A DNA stretch of 64,000 nt from Lama guanicoe (GCA_013239625.1 MU054187.1:12379325-12443324), one strand, 5' to 3'. Positions 38,806 to 51,504 are shown, counted from the first letter of the stretch. Notes: a model not told the origin generated them from the sequence alone. Numbers and translations: made by a program.

Positions 38806-41800
38806 GAGAATGTTAACACTCTACATGTCTAACCCTGGAGGAGCTGTTGAGAGCAAAATTTAGTTTGTCAACCCCAGAGAGGAAAGGGGACTGGGAATCA
38901 GAGAGTGTGAAGGCCCTGGGAGGCGGTGGCCTTGAGAGGAGTGTTGCTGGGATCAGCTCTCCACACACCAGCCCAGCACTGGACATCGCTGAGAAGAGCA
39001 CTGGGTGTTCCGAGCCTGTGCGTCCAGGGGCAGGCGGACATAGATGGGGTTGTGCACTGAATAAAAATTCTGGTCCATTCAGAAAGAAAAAGCCAGGAAG
39101 GCCATTGTTTCCAGCCACCCGTGCTTAGTAGTCGTTGAGATTCCCAGAGCTCTTCTATCTTTGCTAACTTACTTTTCACTTGCTTTTCCAAAACCAGCCT
39201 AACTTTACCAGTAGGTCCACAACTACAATTGGATGGACACAATGCCAAGCAATAAATTAAACTCTTTTCGTTTCCAAATTCACTGACACTGCCTAATCAC
39301 ACAATTAAAATGCTTTTCTGGTTATAAAAGCAATGCATATTTTCCTGAAGAACTTTAGAAAATGTTTTAAAAATTACAATAAAGATGAGCAATAATCCCA
39401 CCACCCAGAGTACGAATAATCACTGTAAACATTTCAGTACAATTCCAAGTTGTTTTCTGTGCGCATATCTACAAGTTTTGTTTTCAAAACTGAGATCACA
39501 TTGTATATACATGACTTTAAACCCTTCTTTTTTCTATATCAAGGGCATAATGTGAGCACTTTCACATCACAAAAGCACTTACATAGTAAGATGGTATTTA
39601 GTTCTGATGCCAAACATCTGGATGAAAAGTAAAAAAATCAGCCAATTATCTGGATATTTTCAAATACCCAGATGTTTGGCACCAGGTCGACAAAACATTA
39701 AAATCCTTGACCAAAATTTGCAGCTTTTGCACAGATGTCTGGTATTATGTAGGCAAACTCTCTCTGAACTGACTGGCCCTTTTGGCAGCAGAGAGAGTAC
39801 TTATTACATGCTTCAGGTCAAAAGTGTTTCAAAGTGTAGCTCATGTGTGCATGGGTAACTTTTTCATAATGAATCAGCAGCACAGAGAATATATATATTT
39901 TAGGAACCTTCAATCCATTTTGAAAAAAGTCTGCTATCTTTATTTTTAGTCATTTCTCAGCCAATTTGACTGTTTCTTGACCTCGAGAGCTTAGCATAAA
40001 GTTGTCATTTCATTCAAGTCTTGGTGTTGAGGATTTGTATCCTAGTCAGGGATTTGTTTTGTCTTTTTCGCTTTAATGAAGACAGCTCTTTCTGGCTGAT
40101 AATTCTATCAACAGACTGCTCTGAATATTTAAAAGTCATATTAATATGCCAATATCCCTGACAACAGTCTCATTTAAAATACATTAAGATTTCTCTAAAA
40201 GATATTTTTATGATTTTCTAATTATCCTGTTCCTTGGGTCATAGTACTCCTTTGAGTTCTGTATTAGTGTTTTATTTTCACATGTGCCTTTTTTCTTTTT
40301 TTGATTCCTGAAGGCATTATTTATCTAACTAAGTTCAGTGTCATCCCCAATTGTGTCAGGCCAAATTTTATGGACTTGAATATATATTTATAATTATCTT
40401 GGAAATGACCATCCTGAATGTATTTTTCTATTTCTCGACATTCTAAAGTATGGCTGTCCTTTATCTTCCATCCTATCTGGTTTTCTTTTCATTAGTGCTA
40501 CTTTGATTATGTCTATTGCATGTCTATTACTATAAACATGTTTCTACTTCTGTTGCTGAAATAGGAAAAAAAAAAAAGAGAGAGAGGAGAGAGGCTCTAT
40601 CCAAGTCATGCCAAAAAGAGCAATGCAGCTGAATAATTCAATGCCTGAGTCAATGAGAAATGTGAACTAAGTTTGCGTCTTGCCTCTCACCCACACAACA
40701 CTGTTCGTCTTGTCCTCTGTGTCCTCCCTGGCTCTGTCGCCAACTTGCTCGGTTGCTACAGGCAGGACATTAGCTGGGGCTTTGCCTCGGGTTCTTCGCC
40801 CTTCAGCCGTAAAAAATTAGACATCCCCACATGGGTGTGAAATAATTTGCAAAGGTTCTTTAACATTGTAAATATTAAATATGACTGTCAATTAAGTTGA
40901 TTTATCTGAAGGAATTGCATTGAAAAACCAGGTGGATGTAAATTTTTGATTTTTCAAAAAACATATAAACCCACCCTGCATTTGAGGACTGATGACTTTA
41001 TGCCTTAACAAGGCATTGTAAAACTCATTTTCAGTTTTAGCATCTGGGTCTATGTGTATTATTTGCTCTTATGAATGTCTTCTTCAGATTTCTTGAGTGT
41101 CATTATGCTTGGTGTTCTTACCCAGCTGCAGCTTACGATTTTATACCCTAGGTCTTTTTCTGGAGTCTGAACAGGTCTAAGTAGGGCAATCATTAATGAG
41201 GTGATCTGCCACTGCTATTCTGGGGTGATACCTTCACGTGATTGCTATGGTTTATATGACAGCAAATCTTTGGATAAAAATGAGAAATTACAGCTACTTA
41301 GCTAGATATTTGGAAATCTCTAAAGAGTTGTACTCTTTCATCTGAAGGACTAGAGTGCTGGGCTGTAAAAACAGGAACCTCAGACTTTTGACCTGGTACC
41401 CTTCAGATACAGATTTCGCCCTGGCCATGTAGGTTGTGTATATAAATAATAAGACATGGGGACATACATGCAAAAACTGTTGAAAGAAATGGCAGAATCA
41501 TTTCAAACATTTATTTGGCAACTGATGGTTAAATTCAGTCACTAATTGGTTGCTTTAAAGCAAGTTGACAAACTTCAACTCTTTCACCTTAGTATTGGCG
41601 TAGGCATATCTCAGTGTGCGTAACCTCATGCGGCTGAATTTTAGTGACTATTTCCTGATATCTATCAATGATGAGGAAGGTCAGATGCCTCTGCTTCTCT
41701 CACTTCCCTCATCCAATCCATTAGCACGTTCTCCAGCACTATCTTCAAAATATATTCTGAATCAAACCACTTCTCACAGTTCCTATGACTTCCACCCTGG

Positions 41801-42330
41801 CCAAGGCTCCCGTCATCACTTGCCTGGACTATAGTAACAGCCTCTGGATTGGTTTCTGTCCTTCCAAGCTTGTCTCCCACAGGATCAATTACGCGCCCAG
41901 TTGCCTCCCCGCCCCCAGATGCCGGAGTGATCTTTTAAAAATGTAACCTGGATCATATTACTTTTCTGCTCTGAAGCCTCCAGAAGCTTTCCAAAATATT
42001 GAGAATACAGGCTGAACGCTAAGACTCTACATGATCTACACCCTGCGTATCACCCTTCCTCTCTCACCAGCCACACAAGCCTTCCCAGGGTGCCTTCCTG
42101 GCCTCCCAGGAAGCCAGTTTGTGTTCTAGGGCTATTGTAACCACTGCCTGGAGCTCCCTGCCTCATACAGTCCTACATCTCAGGTCTCTTCAATGCCAGC
42201 TCCTCAGATAGACCTTCATGGTCTTTTCTCTAAATTAGATTGCCTGCCCTTTGTCATTCTCAATACCTTGACCTGCTTTATTTTGCTTCATGAGAATTTT
42301 CCCTATCTAGATTTATATTAGATATACTTT

Positions 42331-42441
42331 AAAAATTTTTATCTTTTTATCATTTTTTTTAAAAAATGAAGGCACTGGGGATTGAGCCAAGGACTTTGTG
42401 CACGCTAAGCATGCACTCAACCACTGAGCTATTATCCTCCC
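42331..42441 (-). mobile_element. Vic-1-type SINE
   Basis: actggggattgagccaagg...actcaaccactgagcta. TSD tagatatacttt (42319-42330) / tagatacacttt (42443-42454). Confidence 0.9.
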
Positions 42442-42451
42442 ATAGATACAC

Positions 42452-42939
42452 TTTTTTTTTTCCCCATAAAGTTTTATAAAGCTTTCTTGAAAGACATTAC
42501 AGACAATACAAGTAAATGGAGAGATCTATTTCCACCAATCCTGGATATGCCTGGATAGGAATGCTCAATATCATAAAGATGTGACTTCTACCCCAAGTGA
42601 ATCTATAAATTTAAAGCAATTTCAATCAAAATTCCAACTGCCTTTTTGAACTTGACAAAACAATACAGTATTACTCTGTAGGAATAAATGGAATGTGTGG
42701 TTATTTGGGGATAGAGTAATGGAACAGAACAGAACCAGAAATTGTCCTATGCATACACAGGGCTTTAGCATATGGGAAAGGTGATATTTTTACACAATTT
42801 TTAAAGGTTACACTGTCTACAGTTATTACAAAATACTGGCTATGTTCCCCCTGTTGTATAATACATCCTTGTAGCTTATCTTACACCCAATAATTTGTAC
42901 CTCCCACTCCTCCACCCCTATTTTGTCCCTTACCCCCCC
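42452..42939 (-). mobile_element. Short L1 3' end (42787-42939) with apparent 3'-transduced older L1 ORF2 piece (42462-42786) and poly(A)
   Basis: aaaggttacactgtctacagttattacaaaatactggc is an L1 3' UTR. The middle segment is plus-oriented ORF2 DNA (gctcaatatcataaagatg, aatcaaaattcca). Poly-T at 42452-42461. Confidence 0.75.
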
Positions 42940-44664
42940 ATATACTTCTATTTATGGATTGTTATCTCTTTCAGCTACCAGCATACTATCTTCATAAGAG
43001 AAGGAATTTTGTTTGTTTTGTGCATTGATGTATCCCAGCACCTAAATCAGTCAGGCACATAGTATGTGCTCAGTAAATATCTTTCCACTGAAAAAATGAC
43101 TCAGGGTTGACTAATAAAGGACCTTTGTTCTCTAGATTTATATCATTCCATCGTATGGCCCTGGGCTTGCAAAATTATTGTAGAAACCTTTCTTGGAGGC
43201 ACAACTATCAGCAAATAATGTCTCCTAGACAACCTACTTTAAGAAATCTAGATAATATTAGGAGATGGCTGTATTAGAGCATCACCAGTGGATCGGTTAC
43301 CTGATTTGTTTTCTCCAAAGTGGTGATAATTTCTGCAGGCAACCCAGACACAGGTCCTGTTGACTTACAGCCTGACTGGTGTTAGATGTGCCATCCTCAC
43401 ATGCCCGCCGTGGAACAGGACTTACACACTTAGTCTGTGTGTTATTAGGGTCGGTTTTCTTTTCCATCTTGGTTCGCCTCACAAATCATTGAATATTCTG
43501 ATGCTGTGGTAATTTCCCATGCTCTTAAAAGTATTCGCTTCCACATTATTGAGGAATGAAAAAGACAGAAGTTGACCCAAAAGGCCTAGCCACCTATGCA
43601 GAAACTTCTATGAATACTTGTGGTTAGTCCCATAACAAGTATATGCTGAATTCTTTCCACGTGTCCAATTATGTGGCAAGCACTAAGAAAAAGCAAAAAC
43701 ACAACTGTTCTTTCATTTGATCACCCTTTTTTAGAGCTTTCATGGATATCCTCATTTATCTCATTCATAGTCCCTGCTCTCAAGAAGTTTATAATCTATT
43801 TGTGGATTATATAAATACATGTAAAATAATTAGAGACTAATGTGAAAGTGAATAGCTAAAGCCTTGCTTTGCTGGAATAAATGTTATAGTAACTGGGGGC
43901 TGGGCAGGCTTGGACTGGGTTGACCTTTTCAGAGAAGGTTCCAGAGAGAAGTTTAGGGCTGACCCAAAACTTTGGCAGATCTCTCCACTGGACCATTGCT
44001 TACATTAACATAAAACATAGTTCATGTACCCAAAGATCTTACAATTGGGTGGGAAAGTTATAAAGGTAACATTAAAACAAAGCTGAAATGGAAACATAAT
44101 ATGAGAGCAATATAAGCAAAACAAAGAGGGAAAAGAGAACCTTTGATCAGGCTATCAAGGAGGGCTTCCTGGAGAAGGGGCCACAAGGATGAGGAACTGT
44201 CCTGTGGGCACAATAAATTTATTCAACTGGCAATGACTCAGTGTCAATGTGGTTAACATTACCAAAGCATTTTTAATATGTAGCTACAACAGAAATAACT
44301 TCCCAGAGGAGAATGCCTCTTTTAGGTTTACAACGAGCAGTATTACCACCATAGGCTGTATCAGGAAGCTACCCAGGAAGGAATTCAAACCTGCCCACAA
44401 TTAAGCAAGAAGGGTGAATCACACTCAAAATGGAGCAAATAACTCTGCAGAACTTCACTGATTACTGACAGTTAGCCAAGAAGCTTTTCTCTACTCCCCA
44501 AATCCAATAAAACAATACGATTTCCACCTATGAGTACAAAACTTAGTGCCCAAATAACCAGACTGTTACATTGTTATGGAAATTAATGCAGAATTGAGAA
44601 AAGGAGATGTACCAGACAATGTGCTCTCTACATACAGAATCAGAATCTTCTTTATTAAGGAAGT

Positions 44665-44790
44665 GTAATCAATCCCATTTTGAGATGGCAAAACCGAGGC
44701 TCAGGAAAGTTAAGTACGCAAACTTCCACAGCTCCTAGGCAGCATCACTACTGGTGTTTGAGGGCTGGTCTGTCTGTCTCCAATACCACA
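44665..44790 (-). mobile_element. MIR SINE
   Basis: cccattttgagatggcaaaaccgaggctcaggaaagttaagt. Confidence 0.7.
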
Positions 44791-45147
44791 CGGTGAGTTG
44801 CCATAAAGAAAACAAGTGGGAAAGCGGGCTGGGTGGGAGCAGGAAGCCACAGAGCGAAGTTATGCTCCGGCACAATAATCTGCTAGGTGCACGCACAGAT
44901 GCCATCAGCTGTCAATACAGACTGCATCACATGCAGCTAATCTTGCTTTTAATTTTAACAGTGTTTCCACTGTTCACAATAATAACTTGCTTTGACTTGT
45001 CAGTTTTCTAAATTGACACTGCTTTATTTACATGAAATGTACACATTAGCAAAGGAAGCACTTTACCTCAATCCCAAACAAAACACAAAACAAACGTCTC
45101 CGAGTCAAGGAAGATTCAGGAGACAGACGCTGGGGCTGGCGAGTTAC

Positions 45148-45187
45148 CCTCGGTCGGGAACGTTAGCGGACTTAGCCCGGCAGACAT
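45148..45187 (-). CDS. Candidate alternative first coding exon (MSAGLSPLTFPTE, phase 1); gene unidentified
   Basis: Minus strand cctaccATG (purine at -3), 13 codons plus 1 nt, then AGG|GTAACT donor-like site. Local CpG enrichment in non-repeat sequence. Confidence 0.3.
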
Positions 45188-46031
45188 GGTAGGCAGAGGC
45201 CGGGAGGGGACTTTGGAATAAGAAGGCAAGACAGCACGCGGACTCTCTTGAGTTATGCCTCTGTTTAATTTTGCTTGAATTTTGAGATCAAACCATTTGT
45301 AAATACATGTTAACAGAAGCACGTTTCAAAGCAAATCTAAGCAATGTTTAAAATCGGCCACCATTTTACATGACTTGGGAAGGGTCTTTTTCCACTAAGG
45401 CCATTAGCCCAACGTTGGTTAGTGCTTAGCATGCAAACAAAAATAACATTTCATGGTTACTGCCCTGGCCTATTTCAAAAGAGAAGTGGCACTGGATGTG
45501 ATCATTCAAAGGAATTTCAACAGAGAACACTGCCTCTGCCCCCAGTTTTTCCTCAGATAGACTGCTTTGAAGTAATTATCTCATATCACTTGTTTGTTGG
45601 TTCTTGCTCACGGAACTGGGGGGAGTTCAGGAGGTTGCCCTAGTGGGGTTAGGGGAGCAGGAGAAACAAGACTTGTGAGCTTGTTCTGGAGGGAAACCTG
45701 GGGAGACGGAATTGGCTGGCAGGATGGGTTAGGGCACTGCGAGTGGGCTGGGGCAACAGGTTCAGCACCACAGGTAACCCTTTCATGGGCCACCTTGGTG
45801 ACACGAGACTGGGGGCTGTTTTGGTTTTTTTTTTAGGAGATAAATATATATATATCTGGTTCTTGATGTTGGTACCCACACAGCAGTAGTAACTGTATTG
45901 AGACTTACTTATAGACCTAGACAGACTGATCATTGATAGTTTTCAAAATCTTAGTAGTATTGCAATATTTCTTCTATCAAGTCTTAGGCCTCTCCTGCCA
46001 GTTCTAAAAACCAGAATAAAGACTGTAGGTT

Positions 46032-46281
46032 GTAAGATATCCTTTATGTATTTTTTTTTTTTTTACTATTTTCTCTCATTTATTATTTTAACTCAAAGTC
46101 ACAAAAGAAGACAGAAATACCTCATTCTAATGCAGTGGGACCATGACAGTGGGTAGAGTAAGATATCCTTTATGTATTTTTTTTTTTTTACTATTTTCTC
46201 TCATTTATTATTTTAACTCAAAGTCACAAAAGAAGACAGAAATACCTCATTCTAATGCAGTGGGACCATGACAGTGGGTAG
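46032..46281. repeat. Near-perfect tandem duplication, 125 + 124 bp
   Basis: 46032-46156 and 46158-46281 are identical except T14 vs T13; a single A lies between them. Confidence 0.97.
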
Positions 46282-46289
46282 CACTTCGG

Positions 46290-46700
46290 AAATACAAGGA
46301 GCCTTTACATGGGGATTATATTCCTAGGAAATTTGCTATAAGTGAAAATAAATGTATTAAATACTATTTTTCTCATAGAAACAGTGCTATAACAGAAGGA
46401 TGAAGTTCCTGATCTAGGGCCTTATGCCAGCTTCTACCAAATGCAGGACTAAATAAACTATAAATGATATATTTTAGGTTTCATAGCATAAAGCTTTCTA
46501 AAGCAGACATAAATCAATTAAGTAGTGTTACAACTAGTCAATAAACACAAAATCCATTTGATATGATGCAGTCTCTTTGACCGCATCTTCTTGCCAAATA
46601 TCATGCTGAAGTAACACAACTCGAAGGAACATGCTTATTAGTTTGATGGATTTCAGGATGATTTTCCTGAGGAGCTTTTGACAAGCACATTGAAGGAAAG
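46290..46700. mobile_element. Possible old Tigger-type DNA transposon remnant
   Basis: tttacatggggattatattcctaggaaa...tttttctcatagaaacagtgctataacag resembles Tigger subterminal sequence. Confidence 0.4.
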
Positions 46701-48859
46701 TTTGGGGCAGTGATTTGAAGCCATTTTGGAAAAGAGAAAACAAAGTCAGTTTTCTATAGTTCTCTTGTTTTCTTAGAGTCAATTTTCCTATCATAAAACC
46801 GAGGGATTAGAACTAATCACGGCCTGCTAGTGCGTTTGAGGTTGGGATTCACTTCCTCAAAAGGGGAACAAAACATATGTTCATGTGAGAAACTGCCTGT
46901 TTAAGTGTCAGGAGTTGCAAGGCGAGTGTAATTGGCAGAGGACTGTAAGTGTGAATTGCTACGAGTACAAATCACCACAAGGATTGCTTGTGTGACTCGT
47001 CCCCCCCTCACCAATTTATCGCTGAGCAGAAGAAACGGGAACTGGGAAACTTTGATTCTTACAATCCCAGTTAATAAACTCAAAACAAGCAGACCCTGAG
47101 AGGCCCTGAGACTTCTGGACTAGATCTTACAACCATCCCAGACGTCATCACTCTGAACACTATTTCACAATAAGAAATCATCAGTTATCCTTTAAGAACC
47201 CAGTCTTTGTCGAGGGGAAATGGATCTCTGCTAATACTCCTCCTAATCTTGCAATAAAATAAAATCCTGAATTTTATGTCAAGCCAGTTTGCGTAACAGG
47301 ACACAGAGAGCAGTACAATTTGTTCTAATTTGTATAGGGGGAAGAAAAGAGATAAAGGAAACTATTCATTTAATTTTGTATTACATCAAAACTGATTTGG
47401 GGAAAAGTCACAAATTAGTTCCGTCATTTCTGACAACGTGATTTTTATCAGCGTGGTTAAATGGCGTTGGGGGGGGGCAGGGGGAGATTTTATTTCAAAT
47501 CTTGGGAAAAGACCTTTGCATCAACATATTCAGCTATCATTGCAGTTATCAGCGTTCCGAATAACTCTCCTATAGCTGTTTACTTTGTGCAGTACTGGCT
47601 CTTTGTCAGTTCCATTTATCCAGTTATTAAAAAGTCCCAGTTATTCCTTTCCTATGTACAACCAACTCCACTAAAGCTGTGTTTATCTCTGCTTGTTTTC
47701 TAATATAATGGAACCAAGGCAGCAAGATGGTCAAGTATGATTTCCCCTTGAAATGGAAACTGCTGTTTACCTGGTATGTTGCAAAGCAGTAGTCTTGTTT
47801 TCTAAAATCACCTAGAACATACTAGAAAGCAAGAAGGTCACAGACCAACTTTTCTGGGATAAAGGCACTGGTCCACGTCCAGAACGTGCTCCTCAGGAGA
47901 CAGACAGGAAGAGTGGTGTCCGTAGGCTCTGAAAGTGGAGGAGGGCCACCACGCCGCGAGGCTCTGCTACCTGCAAAAAAACCCCCCAAAAACAAAAAAC
48001 AAACAGAAAAAAAGGAAGCAAGTAGGGATTGGTGATTCGTTTTGCTTCTTTAGCAAATCCAGTTTTCTCTGGGCTGTTTCTGTTTTGCCTTTCGTGACAG
48101 CTAGTGAATTCCTTTGAAACAAGGAGGCATTTCTTTCCAGAATACCTTTCTCCTCCACTTCTGTTTTCTGATCCTCTAAACCCATCCATTGTTGAATTTG
48201 ACATATCAGAGAATGAGCAGGGGGAAATCGGGTAGAAGCTGCAGATTGTGGGGGGAAAGTGTTGAACGCAGGAAAACCAGTATGTACGGTGCTTGAAACC
48301 CCAGAGTACACGGACCACTGTGGCTGCCAAGAGCAAAGCGGGGAGCTAAAGCCAGCCTTTAAATGGAATGGGCCTCAGCCCAGTTCAAAACCTGTGTAAA
48401 TGTCATCACACTCTGAACAGGAGATAAGTCCTTTAAGCAAAATGGTGAAACCCTTTAAGAGGTACTTGTAAGACTCAAACAGAGAGAATGTCTCTCAGGT
48501 GACTCCGTAGGGTCCCACCATCTTCCAGACATCCTTAGACATTGACTGTAAAGTAATGCTATCCACCATTTATGGAGCCCAGCCTAAGCCAGGTTTTCTA
48601 CATCTCTCGTTCGACTTACATAGCAGTCTTCTTAGTTATGGTCATTGCCTCCTCACGTGGCTGCCTCCAGGCACTGCATTCGTGGCAAAGCTGGGATTTG
48701 AACCTAGAACTTTATGCTTTTTTCTGCTCCCCAAAGTGATTTCCCTCCAAGGAAGTAATCAGTGAAACCGCTTTGTAGAGTTCTGTGGTATTTCATAGTT
48801 TAGAGCTTTCCTATTCTGCAAAGTCTGGCCAAAATTCAAACCAGAACTCTTCAGCCACG

Positions 48860-49050
48860 TGGCACAAGCCTGGGTTTAGCGGTCACTCACTGCCTGCCTC
48901 ACCGACCCCAGCTGGACTCTCAGTTGCTTTCTTCTGGAAAATGGTGATGATAATAGCTACTTAAAAACTGTTTTGAGGAACAAATGAAGTAATGTATGTA
49001 AAATACTGCCTGGCTCATGGTAGGCAAAGCCAGCACTCAATAAATGTCCC
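48860..49050 (+). mobile_element. MIR SINE
   Basis: ctctcagttgctttcttctggaaaatggtgatgataatag...gaggaacaaatgaagtaatgtatgtaaa...cactcaataaatg. Confidence 0.75.
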
Positions 49051-49119
49051 TTATCCTCTTTCCTCGTAACTACTCACAAACAATAAAAAGTGTTCTCTGT
49101 TTGGGCTAATATCATTCCT

Positions 49120-49345
49120 CTGGCCCCTCAGCCCCAATCCAGCCCACAGCTTGTTTTTGTAAATAAAGTTTTATTGGCACACAAACATGCCCATTTGTTT
49201 ACACATGGTCTGTCTACAGCTGCTTTTGGACTACAAGGCAGACATATGTACTTGTGACAGAGACATATGCCTTATGACATGTGACCCACAGAGCCTAAGA
49301 TATTGATGATGTGGCCCTTTACAGAAAAAAATGTGCTGACCTCAT
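49120..49345 (-). mobile_element. MER58A-type hAT MITE
   Basis: tgtttttgtaaataaagttttattgg...gcccatttgtttac...tggccctttacagaaaaa. Confidence 0.85.
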
Positions 49346-50052
49346 CCGTACCATGGTACAAAAATGGTCTCTCCAAAAATAAGGCCCATCCTGTCACCTC
49401 CTGATTTTAAAATATCAGTGGAATCTGAAGTTTTCTATAATACAACCTTAGTTGGCCCATGTCTTGGTACCCTATCCCATAATTTCACCACCTGGACATC
49501 TTAATATTCTCTGAACATGCTAAGATCCTCTCCCATTTCCATGTCTTCCCACATCTTGTCGTCTGTATACAATACCATTCTCCCTCTGCTTCACAAGATG
49601 AGCAATTCTATCATCTGTGAGTTTAATTTTTAAGAATTCAACTCTTCACTCTACAGAGAGACAGGGAGAAAGAGGACAGTTCTGCTGCCCACTCTACTTC
49701 ATGATTTTGTGTTTCTGAATGAACATGAGACGGGAGGCTTGAGTCTACTGCTTCCTCAGTCTGCTCAGATCCACTGTGCCTCTCATATGTTACTGTCTGT
49801 GTCTCACCACAGAGGGTGTCACCCCAGTGTTTAAAGAGAAGTGTTTTTCATACAACAGAGCCAATAAACACAAGCCAACTCTTCATCTGGTGCTCAAAGT
49901 AGAAGTAACAATCTGTTCCTCAACCGGAGGAAAATCTGGCTGTGTTGGGCTTACCAAATACTGGATATCCAGATTCTCTGTAGGAAGATGCTGTTCCTTA
50001 TGGGTGATTTAAGGGTTCACTTTAAACATCACCATTTAGAACCCGAGCCCTA

Positions 50053-50149
50053 GGGGTTGGAGGTATAGCTCAGTGGTAGAGTGCATGCTTAGCAGGCATG
50101 AGGCCCTGGGTTCAGTACCTCCATTAAAAAACAAACAAACAAAAAAACA
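50053..50149 (+). mobile_element. Vic-1-type SINE
   Basis: ggtatagctcagtggtagagtgcatgcttagc...ctgggttcagtacctccatt plus A-rich tail. Confidence 0.92.
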
Positions 50150-50505
50150 AAACCTAAGTGCTAAATAAGACCCAACTCATTCTTTAAGTCTTCACACTAA
50201 TGTCCTTTCTTCTCATTTTCTCTGTCATGGAGTCAGTCTTCCTCTGTGCTCCCGTAAATACTTTCCGCTCCCTGAGTAATTTGTTCATATCTGTATTATA
50301 ACATTGAACTATAATTATTTATTTAATTTTCAGGCTCTCTCCATTAGGCAATGAGCCATCCAAGAACAAAGGCATATTTTAGTGATCCAGCACCTGTCTT
50401 TCCCAGTACTGAGCCTAAGTATAAACATTTAACAAGAGTTGATGAAATGGATAAGGTCCCACCTCCCACTCGAGACCACTCCCCTTTCTCTGAAATGATC
50501 TATGA

Positions 50506-50775
50506 ACTCCCACTGAACTTTCAGTTAATGCTTATGGTTTAATATTTCAATGAATTTTTTTTATTGAAGTATAGTCAATTTACAATGTTGTGTTAGTTTA
50601 TGGTGTACAGCATAGTGGTAATATACATATATTCCTTTTCACTCCCACTGAACTTTCAGTTAATGCTTATGGTTTAATATTTGAATGAATTTTTTTTATT
50701 GAAGTATAGTCAATTTACAATGTTTTGTTAGTTTATGGTGTACAGCATAGTGGTAATATACATATATTCCTTTTC
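50506..50775. repeat. Tandem duplication 2 x 135 bp
   Basis: 50506-50640 vs 50641-50775, two substitutions. Confidence 0.97.
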
Positions 50776-50915
50776 ATATTCTTTTTCATTATAGGCTATT
50801 ACAGGGTATTGAATACAGTTCCCTGTGCTATTCAGTAGGACCTTGTTCATCTACTTTACATACAGTGGTTAGTATCTGCAAATCCTGAACTGCCAATTTA
50901 TCCCTCCCTACCCTC
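50555..50915 (-). mobile_element. L1 3' end (its tail is duplicated by the tandem duplication)
   Basis: ttttattgaagtatagtcaatttacaatg...cagttccctgtgct...gtaggaccttg. Confidence 0.9.
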
Positions 50916-51139
50916 AATGCATTTTAATTCTTCCAGTACTCATTTTCTTTTTTCAAGCAATTTAAGATTGTTCAGGGGAGACTCTATAAGCTTACCCTCT
51001 TCTGATAACAAAATAATATTTGCTAATGGATTGATTGCACATTTGAGTGTGATGTGTTAAGAACAGAAAAAAGCTAATCAAATTAGTCTTTCCTTGGTCA
51101 GATTTGTTTATGCCTGTTTGCCCAAAGTTATAAAGCTAC

Positions 51140-51504
51140 TGCTATAGAGTGAACATTTCTGTCCCCCCTTAAATTCATATACTGAAACCTAATCCCTAAT
51201 GTTAATGGTACTTGGAAGTGTGGCCTTTGGGAGGTGATTAGGCCATGAGGGTGGAGGCCTCATGAATGGAATTAGTTCCATTATAATATAGACCCCAGAG
51301 ACCTCCCTCACCCCTTCCGTCATATGAAGACACAGTGAGAAGACGGCCACCTATAAACCAGGGAATGGCCCATCCTAGACATCAAATCGGCCAGTGCCTT
51401 GATCTTGGACTTCTCACTTTCTAGAACTTAAGACATAAATTTTGTTGTTAATAAGCCAGTTTGTCTATGGAATTATGCCACAGCAATCTGAAAAGATTAC
51501 AACA
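51140..51504 (+). mobile_element. MLT1A-type MaLR solo LTR
   Basis: tgctat...aaattcatatactgaaacctaatccc...ggcctttgggaggtgattagg...ccttgatcttggacttc...aca; TG...CA ends. Confidence 0.9.

Larger units (their letters stand above)
41650..43090 (+). mobile_element. L2 (L2a-like) 3' region, interrupted at 42331-42939
   Basis: catccaatccatt...ctatcttcaaaatatattctgaatc...tgcctggactat; resumes with gtatcccagcacct...ggcacatagtatgtgctcagtaaatat. Confidence 0.85.

Noticed and set aside
38813..39248. Overlapping ORFs on both strands
   Set aside because: Explained by locally higher GC; no domain or splice support
47893..48336. Longest ORF in the track (147 aa)
   Set aside because: Non-ATG start, crosses low-complexity A/T runs, no recognisable protein features
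50053..50149. tRNA-like sequences with A/B boxes (seven copies in the window)
   Set aside because: A-rich tails and TSDs show they are SINEs, not tRNA genes
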